This document shows, in pieces, positions 55,201-64,000 of a stretch of DNA of 64,000 nt. How positions within the stretch are numbered: position 1 is the stretch's first letter; the number at the start of each line of letters is the position of its first letter. The position numbers were made by a program, and so were the translations under genes. The stretch covers positions 206,150,001 to 206,214,000 of the forward strand of contig OZ024743.1 of assembly GCA_964016885.1 (NCBI GenBank). The letters run 5' to 3'. This stretch comes from Eledone cirrhosa (taxonomy: Eukaryota). The notes below the pieces were generated by a model. That model ran no database searches. It was not told the origin of the DNA and was given only the letters and a program-made list of their open reading frames with translations.

Positions 55201-55620
55201 TATTATCACCCCTGATTTTTTTTTACAAATTATCTCCCCCTGATTTTTTTTACAAATTATCTCCCCCTGATTTTTTTACAAATTATCTCCCCTTGGCTGG
55301 GTGGAAATTATCTCCCCTTGGAGGCTGGAATTTATCTCCCCTTGGACGGCTGGAAATTATCTCCCCTTGGACGGCTAGAAATTATCTCCCCTTGAACGGC
55401 TGGAAATTATCTCCCCTTGGACGGCTGGAAATTATCTCCCCTTGGAAGGATGGAAATTATCTCCCCTTGGACGGCTGGAAATTATCTCCCCTTGCACGGC
55501 TGGAAATTATCTTCCCTTGGACGGCTAGAAATTACCTCTCCTTGGACGGCTGAAAATTATCTCCCCTTGGACGGCTGGAAATTATCTCCCCCTGATTTTT
55601 TTTACAAATTATCTCCCCTT
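43261..55620 (+). repeat. Mosaic, more diverged satellite zone with shorter internal duplications (offsets ~839, ~1430, ~4.5-5.0 kb, ~11.3 kb)
   Basis: Equivalent ORFs 43261/44100, 51922/53352, 45773/50501, 46447/51174, 44865/49851 and 43595/54912. Many private monomer variants at ~45.1-45.7, 48.2-48.6 and 50.1-50.4 kb. Confidence 0.8.
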
Positions 55621-55629
55621 GCACGGCTG

Positions 55630-58600
55630 GAAATTATCTCGCCTTGGACGGCTGGAAATTATCTCCCCTTGATTTTGTATACAAATTATCTCCCCCTGAT
55701 TTTTTTTTACAAATTATCTGCCCCTGATTATTTTTTTACAAATTAGCTCCGCCTGATTTTTTTTTAAAATTATCTCCCCTTGGACGGCTGGAAATTATCT
55801 CCCCTTGGACGGCTGGAAATTATCTCCCCTTGATTTTTTTTTCCAAATTATCTCCCCCTGATTTTTTTTTTACAAATTATCTACCTCTGATTTTTTTTTC
55901 AAATTATCTCCCCCTGATTTTTTTTACAAATTATCTCCCCCTGATTTTTTTTTACAAATTATCTCCCCCCGATTTTTTTACAAATTATCTCCCCCTGATT
56001 TTTTTTACAAATTATCTCCGCCTGATTTTTTTAAATATTATCTTCCCTTGGCTGGCGGGAAATTATCTCCCCTTGGACGGCTGGAAATTATCTCCCCTTG
56101 GAAGGATGGAAATTATCTCCCCTTGGACGGCTGGAAATTATCTCCCCTTGCACTGCTGGAAATTATCTCCCCTTGGACGGCTGGAAATTATCTGCCCTTG
56201 ATTTTGTTTTTACAAATTATCTTCCCCTGATTTTTTTACAAATTATCTCCACCTGATTTTTTAAAAAATTATCTCCCCTTGGACGGCTGGAAATTATCTC
56301 CCCTTGGCTGGAAATTATCTCCCCTTGGACGGCTAGAAATTATCTCTCTTTGGACGGCTGGAAATTATCTCCCCTTGGACGCTGGAAATTATAGCCCCTT
56401 GGAGGGCTGGAAGTTATCTTCCCTTGGAGGGCTGGAAATTATCTTCCCTTGGACGGCTAGAAATTACCTCTCCTTGGACGGCTGAAAATTATCTCCCCTT
56501 GGACGGCTGGAAATTATCTCCCCTTGATTTTTTTTACAAATTATCTCCCCCTGATTATTTTTTACAAATTATCTCCCCCTGATTTTTTTTTTACAAATTA
56601 TCTCCCCTTGGACGGCTGGAAATTATCTCCCCTTGGACGGCTGGAAATTATCTCCCCTTGGACGGCTGGAAATTATCTCCCCTTGGACGGCTAGAAATTA
56701 CCTCTCCTTGGACGGCTGAAAATTATCTCTCCTTGGACGGCTGGAAATTATCTCCCCTTTATGTCTTCTACAAATTATCTACCCCTGATTTTTTTTTACA
56801 AATTATCTCTGCCTGATTTTTTTTACAAATATCTCCCCTTGATTGGCTGGAAATTATCTCCCCTTGGCTGGCTGGAAATTATCTCCCCTTGGACGGCTGG
56901 AAATTATCTCCCCTTGGACGCCTAGAAATTACCTCTCCTTGGACAGCTGTAAATTATCTCCCCTTGGACGGCTGGAAATTATCTCGCCTTGGACGGCTGG
57001 AAATTATCTCCCCTTGATTTTGTATACAAATTATCTCCCCCTGATTTTTTTTTACAAATTATCTGCCCCTGATTATTTTTTTACAAATTAGCTCCGCCTG
57101 ATTTTTTTTAAAAATTATCTCCCCTTGGACGGCTGGAAATTATCTCCCCTTGGACGGCTGGAAATTATCTCCCCTTGAACGGCTAGAAATTACCTCTCCT
57201 TGGACGGCTGAAAATTATCTCTCCTTGGACGGCTGGAAATTATCTCCCCCTGATTTTTTTTTACAAATTATCTACCCCTGATTTTTTTTTCCAAATTATC
57301 TCCCCCTGATTTTTTTTTTACAAATTATCTCCCCCTGATTTTTTTTTACAAATTATCTCCCCCTGATTTTTTTTACAAATTATCTCCCCTTGGCTGGCTG
57401 GAAATTATCTCCCCTTGGAGGCTGGAATTTATCTCCCCTTGGACGGCTGGAAATTATCTCCCCTTGGACGGCTAGAAATTACCTCTCCTTGGACGGCTGG
57501 AAATTATCTCCCCTTGAACGGCTGGAAATTATCTCCCCTTGGACGGCTGGAAATTATCTCCCCTTGGACGGCTGGAAATTACCTCTCCTTGGACGGCTGG
57601 AAATTATCTCCCCTTGGACGGCTGGAAATTATCTCCCCTTGGACGGCTGGAAATTATTTCCCCTTGATTTTTTTTACAAATTATCTCCCCCTGATTTTTT
57701 TTACAAATATCCCCCTAATTTAAAAAAAAATTATCTCCCCTTCGCTGGCTGGAAATTATCTCCCTTTGGACGGCTGGAAATTATAGCTGCTTGTAGGGCT
57801 GGAAATTATCTCCCCTTGGACGGCTGGAAATTATCTCCCCTTCATTTTTTTACTAATTATCTCCCCCTGATTTTTTTTTACAAATTATCTCCGCCTGATT
57901 TTTTTAAAAAAATTATCTCCCGTTGTCTGGATGGAAATTTTCTCCCCTTGGACGGCTGGAAATTATCTCCCCTTTATGTCTTCTACAAATTATCTACCCC
58001 TGATTTTTTTTTTACAAATTATCTCTCCCTGATTTTTTTTACAAATATCTCCCCTTGGCTGGCTGGAAATTATCTCCCCTTGGACGGCAGGAAATTATCT
58101 CCCCTTGGACGCCTAGAAATTACCTCTCCTTGGACAGCTGTAAATTATCTCCCCTTGGACGGCTGGAAATTATCTCGCCTTGGACGGCTGGAAATTATCT
58201 CCCCTTGATTTTGTATACAAATTATCTCCCCCTGATTTTTTTTACAAATTATCTGCCCCTGATTATTTATTTTACAAATTAGCTCCGCCTGATTTTTTTT
58301 TAAAATTATCTCCCCTTGGACGGCTGGAAATTATCTCGCCTTGGACGGCTGGAAATTATCTCCCCTTGATTTTGTATACAAATTATCTCCCCCTGATTTT
58401 TTTTTACAAATTATCTGCCCCTGATTATTTTTTTACAAATTAGCTCCGCCTGATTTTTTTTTAAAATTATCTCCCCTTGGACGGCTGGAAATTATCTCCC
58501 CTTGGACGGCTGGAAATTATCTCCCCTTGAACGGCTAGAAATTACCTCTCCTTGGACGGCTGAAAATTATCTCCCCTTGGACGGCTGGAAATTATCTCCC

Positions 58601-61180
58601 CTTGATTTTTTTACAAATTATCTCCCCCTGATTTTTTTTTTACAAATTATCTACGCCTGATTTTTTTTAAAAATTATCTCCCCTTGGACGGCTGGAAATT
58701 ATCTCCCCTTGGACGGCTGGAAATTATCTCCCCTTGATTTTTTTTCCAAATTATCTCCCCCTGATTTTTTTTTTACAAATTATCTACCCCTGATTTTTTT
58801 TTCAAATTATCTCCCCCTGATTTTTTTTACAAATTATCTCCCCCTGATTTTTTTTTACAAATTATCTCCCCCTGATTTTTTTTACAAATTATCTCCGCCT
58901 GATTTTTTTAAATATTATCTTCCCTTGGCTGGCGTGAAATTATCTCCCCTTGGACGGCTGGAAATTATCTCCCCTTGGAAGGATGGAAATTATCTCCCCT
59001 TGGACGGCTGGAAATTATCTCCCCTTGCACTGCTGGAAATTATCTCCCCTTGGACGGCTGGAAATTATCTGCCCTTGATTTTGTTTTTACAAATTATCTC
59101 CACCTGATTTTTTAAAAAATTATCTCCCCTTGGACGGCTGGAAATTATCTCCCCTTGGCTGGAAATTATCTCCCCTTGGACGGCTAGAAATTATCTCTCT
59201 TTGGACGGCTGGAAATTATCTCCCCTTGGACGCTGGAAATTATAGCCCCTTGGAGGGCTGGAAGTTATCTTCCCTTGGAGGGCTGGAAATTATCTTCCCT
59301 TGGACGGCTAGAAATTACCTCTCCTTGGACGGCTGAAAATTATCTCCCCTTGGACGGCTGGAAATTATCTCCCCTTGATTTTTTTTACAAATTATCTCCC
59401 CCTGATTATTTTTTACAAATTATCTCCCCCTGATTTTTTTTTTACAAATTATCTCCCCTTGGACGGCTGGAAATTATCTCCCCTTGGACGGCTGGAAATT
59501 ATCTCCCCTTGGACGGCTAGAAATTACCTCTCCTTGGACGGCTGAAAATTATCTCTCCTTGGACGGCTGGAAATTATCTCCCCTTTATGTCTTCTACAAA
59601 TTATCTACCCCTGATTTTTTTTTACAAATTATCTCTCCCTGATTTTTTTTACAAATATCTCCCCTTGATTGGCTGGAAATTATCTCCCCTTTGCTGGCTG
59701 GAAATTATCTCCCCTTGGACGGCTGGAAATTATCTCCCCTTGGACGCCTAGAAATTACCTCTCCTTGGACAGCTGTAAATTATCTCCCCTTGGACGGCTG
59801 GAAATTATCTCGCCTTGGACGGCTGGAAATTATCTCCCCTTGATTTTGTATACAAATTATCTCCCCCTGATTTTTTTTTACAAATTATCTGCCCCTGATT
59901 ATTTTTTTACAAATTAGCTCCGCCTGATTTTTTTTAAAAATTATCTCCCCTTGGACGGCTGGAAATTATCTCCCCTTGGACGGCTGGAAATTATCTCCCC
60001 TTGAACGGCTAGAAATTACCTCTCCTTGGACGGCTGAAAATTATCTCTCCTTGGACGGCTGGAAATTATCTCCCCTTGATTTTTTTACAAATTATCTCCC
60101 CCTGATTTTTTTTTACAAATTATCTACCCCTGATTTTTTTTTCCAAATTATCTCCCCCTGATTTTTTTTTTACAAATTATCTCCCCCTGATTTTTTTTTA
60201 CAAATTATCTCCCCCTGATTTTTTTACAAATTATCTCCCCTTGGCTGGCTGGAAATTATCTCCCCTTGGAGGCTGGAATTTATCTCCCCTTGGACGGCTG
60301 GAAATTATCTCCCCTTGGACGGCTAGAAATTACCTCTCCTTGGACGGCTGGAAATTATCTCCCCTTGAACGGCTGGAAATTATCTCCCCTTGGACGGCTG
60401 GAAATTATCTCCCCTTGGACGGCTGGAAATTACCTCTCCTTGGACGGCTGGAAATTATCTCCCCTTGGACGGCTGGAAATTATCTCCCCTTGGACGGCTG
60501 GAAATTATTTCCCCTTGATTTTTTTTACAAATTATCTCCCCCTGATTTTTTTTACAAATATCCCCCTAATTTAAAAAAAAATTATCTCCCCTTCGCTGGC
60601 TGGAAATTATCTCCCTTTGGACGGCTGGAAATTATAGCTGCTTGTAGGGCTGGAAATTATCTCCCCTTGGACGGCTGGAAATTATCTCCCCTTCATTTTT
60701 TTACTAATTATCTCCCCCTGATTTTTTTTTACAAATTATCTCCGCCTGATTTTTTTAAAAAAATTATCTCCCGTTGTCTGGATGGAAATTTTCTCCCCTT
60801 GGACGGCTGGAAATTATCTCCCCTTTATGTCTTCTACAAATTATCTACCCCTGATTTTTTTTTTACAAATTATCTCTCCCTGATTTTTTTTACAAATATC
60901 TCCCCTTGGCTGGCTGGAAATTATCTCCCCTTGGACGGCAGGAAATTATCTCCCCTTGGACGCCTAGAAATTACCTCTCCTTGGACAGCTGTAAATTATC
61001 TCCCCTTGGACGGCTGGAAATTATCTCGCCTTGGACGGCTGGAAATTATCTCCCCTTGATTTTGTATACAAATTATCTCCCCCTGATTTTTTTTACAAAT
61101 TATCTGCCCCTGATTATTTATTTTACAAATTAGCTCCGCCTGATTTTTTTTTAAAATTATCTCCCCTTGGACGGCTGGAA
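55630..61180 (+). repeat. Tandem pair of ~2.7-2.85 kb higher-order units (junction near 58,320)
   Basis: Equivalent ORFs at +2851 (56279/59130, 57390/60241, 58055/60906). Shared rare variants CGTTGTCTGG (57921/60772) and GGACGGCAGG (58082/60933). Confidence 0.9.
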
Positions 61181-64000
61181 ATTATCTCCCCTTGGACGGC
61201 TGGAAATTATCTCCCCTTGGACGGCTGGAAATTATCTCCCCTTGATTTTTTTACAAATTATCTCCCCCTGATTTTTTTTTTACAAATTATCTCCCCCTGA
61301 TTTTTTTTACAAATTATCTCCCCCTGTTTTTTTTTACAAATTATTTCACCCTGATTTTTTTACAAATTATCTCCCCCTGATTTTTTTTACAAATTATCTC
61401 CGCCTGATTTTTTTAAATATGATCTTCCCTTGGCTGGCGGAAAATCATCTCCCCTTGGACGCCTGGAAATTATCTCCCCTTGGAAGGATGGAAATTATCT
61501 CCCCTTGGACGGCTGGAAATTATCTCCCCTTGCACTGCTGGAAATTATCTCCCCTTGGACGGCTGGAAATTATCTGCCCTTGATTTTGATTTTACAAATT
61601 ATCTTCCCCTGATTTTTTTTACAAATTATTTCCACCTGATTTTTTAAAAAATTATCTCCCCTTGGACGGCTGGAAATTATCTCCCCTTGGCTGGAAATTA
61701 TCTCCCCTTGGACGATTAGAAATTATCTCTCTTTGGACGGCTGGAAATTATCTCCCCTTGATTTTTTTTACAAATTATCTCCCCCTGATTTTTTTTACAA
61801 ATCTCCCAGTGATTTTTTTAAAAAGATTATCTCCCCTTCGCTGGCTGGAAATTATCTCCCCTTGGACGCTGGAAATTATAGCCCCTTGGAGGGCTGGAAG
61901 TTATCTTCCCTTGGAGGGCTGGAAATTATCTTCCCTTGGACGGCTGGAAATTATCTCCCCTTGATTTTTTTTACAAATTATCTCCTCCTGATTTTTTTTT
62001 ACAAATTATCTCCCCCTGATTTTTTTTTTACCAATTATCTCCACCTGATTTTTTTAAAAATTATTTCCCCTTGGACGGCTGGAAATTATCTCCCCTTGGA
62101 CGGCTGGAAATTATCTCCCCTTGGACGGCTAGAAATTACCTCTCCTTGGACGGCTGAAAATTATCTCCCCTTGGACGGCTGGAAATTATCTCCCCTTGAT
62201 TTTTTTTACAAATTATCTCCCCCTGATTTTTTTTTACAAATTATCTCCCCCTGATTTTTTTTTACAAATTATCTCCCCCTGATTTTTTTTTACAAATTAT
62301 CTCCTGATTTTTTTTACAAATTATCTCCCCTTGGCTGGCTGGAAATTATCTCCCCTTGGAGGCTGGAAATTATCTCCCCTTGGACGGCTAGAAATTACCT
62401 CTCCTTGGACGGCTGGAAATTATCTGCCCTTGGACGGCTGGAAATTATCTCCCCTTGGACGGCTGGAAATTATTTCCCCTTGATTTTTTTTACAAATTAT
62501 CTCCCCCTGATTTTTTTTTACAAATCTCCCCCTAATTTTAAAAAAAATTATCTCCCCTTCGCTGGCTGGAAATTATCTTCCTTTGGACGGTTGGAAATTA
62601 TAGCCGCTTGTAGGGCTGGAAATTATCTCCCCTTGGACGGCTGGGAATTATCTCCCCTTGATTTTTTTACTAATTATCTCACCCTGATTTTTTTTTACAA
62701 ATTATCTCCGCCTCATTTTTTAAAAAAAATTATCTCCCCTTGGCTGGATGGAAATTATCTCCCCTTGGACGGCTGGAAATTATCTCCCATTGATTTCTTC
62801 TACAAATTATCTACACCTGATTTTTTTTTTACAAATTATCTCTCCCTGATTTTTTTTTACAAATATCTCCCCTTGGCTGGCTGGAAATTATCTCCCGTTG
62901 GCTGGCTGGAAATTATCTCCCCTTGGACGGCTGGAAATTATCTCCCATTGATTTTTTTTACAAATTATCTCCCCTTGGCTGGCTGGAAATTATCTCCCCT
63001 TGGCTGGCTGGAAATTATCTCCCCCTGATATTTTTTTACAAATTAGCTCCCCCTGATTTTTTTTTACAAATTATCTCCCCCTGATTTTTTTTTTTACAAA
63101 TTATCTCCGCCTGATTTTTTTAAAATTATCTCCCCTCTGCTGGATGGAAATTATCTCCCCTTGGACGGCTGGAAATTATCTCCCCTTGGAAGGATGGAAA
63201 TTATCTCCCCTTGGACGGCTGGAAATTATCTCCCCTTGGACGGCTAGAAATTACCTCTCCTTGTACGGCTGGAAATTATCTCCCCTTGAACGGCTGGAAA
63301 TTATCTCCCCTTGGACGGCTGGAAATTATCTCCCCTTGGACGGCTGGAAATTACCTCTCCTTGGACGGCTGGAAATTATCTCCCCTTGGACGGCTGGAAA
63401 TTATCTCCCCTTGGACGGCTGGAAATTATTTCCCCTTGATTTTTTTTACAAATTATCTCCCCCTGATTTTTTTTACAAATCTCCCCCTAATTTAAAAAAA
63501 AATTATCTCCCCTTCGCTGGCTGGAAATTATCTCCCTTTGGACGGCTTGAAATTATAGCTGCTTGTAGGGCTGGAAATTATCTCCCCTTGGACGGCTGGA
63601 AATTACCTTTCCTTCGACGGCTGAAAATTATCTCCCCTTGGACGGCTGGAAATTATCTCCCCCTGATTTTTTTTTACAAATTATCTCCGCCTGATTTTTT
63701 TTTAAAAATTATCTCCCCTTGGCTGGATGGAAATTTTCTCCCCTTGGACGGCTGGAAATTATCTCCCCTTTATGTTTTCTACAAATTATCTACCCCTGAT
63801 TTTTTTTTTACGAATTATCTCTCCCTGATTTTTTTTACAAATATCTCCCCTTGGCTGGCTGGAAATTATCTCCCCTTGGCTGGCTGGAAATTATCTCCCC
63901 TTGGACGGCTGGAAATTATCTCCCCTTGGACGCCTAGAAATCACCTCTACTTGGACAGCTGTAAATTATCTCCCCTTGGACGGCTGGAAATTATCTCGCC
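58700..64000 (+). repeat. Distant copy of the ~33.1-38.45 kb segment (offset ~25.55-25.6 kb)
   Basis: ORF pairs 33552/59130, 34637/60241, 36130/61733 and 37657/63211. The variant CTCTGCTGGATGG was seen only at 37581 and 63135. Confidence 0.85.

Larger units (their letters stand above)
1..64000 (+). repeat. Tandem satellite DNA array of two interspersed monomers (A 25 bp, B 26-29 bp) sharing a 16-bp core; runs off both window ends
   Basis: AAATTATCTCCCC or a close variant recurs every ~21-29 bp from the first to the last line, always in the same orientation. It is followed by TTGGACGGCTGG (A) or (C/T)TGA-polyT-AC (B). No non-repeat sequence seen. Confidence 0.99.

Noticed and set aside
16-63495. 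Numerous + strand ORFs of 60-319 aa (e.g. 37590-38549, 11687-12583)
   Set aside because: The 25-bp A monomer has no stop in any + frame, so three monomers translate as KLSPLGRLEIISPWTAGNYLPLDGW in all frames. ORFs overlap in different frames, mostly start at TTG, and their ends vary with poly-T length between copies. There is no sign of frame conservation.
1-64000. Absence of minus-strand ORFs as evidence of + strand coding
   Set aside because: The core's reverse complement contains TAA (GATAAT), and monomer lengths cycle through frames, so stops on the minus strand are automatic.
1-64000. CRISPR array (constant repeat plus variable spacer)
   Set aside because: The 'spacers' are only ~5-13 bp, fall into two recurrent classes and are not unique. 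No cas genes or leader are present.
1-64000. Telomerase-synthesised long telomeric repeat (as in 23-26 bp budding-yeast repeats)
   Set aside because: I recognise no matching telomere motif. Rare variants are copied in multi-kb register, which indicates DNA-level duplication rather than templated monomer addition.
1-64000. Rho-independent terminators, poly(A) retro-tails or phase-variable homopolymers at the T tracts
   Set aside because: T tracts are an integral part of monomer B. There are no preceding GC hairpins, target-site duplications or genes.
1-64000. Transposon, MITE or inverted segment inside the array
   Set aside because: No reverse-orientation core (GGGGAGATAATTT), terminal inverted repeats or foreign sequence were seen on reading the + strand.

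Overview
The whole 64 kb window is one uninterrupted, head-to-tail tandem satellite array of roughly 2,400-2,500 monomers (estimated from length). I see no unique sequence, credible gene, RNA gene, transposon or inversion. Two monomer types share a 16-bp core, AAATTATCTCCCC(T/C)TG. Type A is AAATTATCTCCCCTTGGACGGCTGG (25 bp) and type B is AAATTATCTCCCCCTGA-T(7-10)-AC (26-29 bp). They alternate in short runs, with stereotyped junction monomers between runs. Diagnostic variants show nested higher-order repeats (HORs). The left half holds five related 5.7-7.9 kb units, including a 12,584-bp two-unit period. These are followed by a ~5.65 kb tandem pair (32-43 kb), a more diverged mosaic zone (43-56 kb), a 2,851-bp tandem pair (55.6-61.2 kb) and a distant copy at ~25.55 kb offset. 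All listed ORFs are artefacts of the stop-free 25-bp monomer. This is most likely eukaryotic heterochromatic satellite DNA (centromeric, pericentromeric or subtelomeric). I cannot identify the organism or a named family. The most unusual property is the two-state 'shared core plus alternative tail' architecture; any function for it is inference only.
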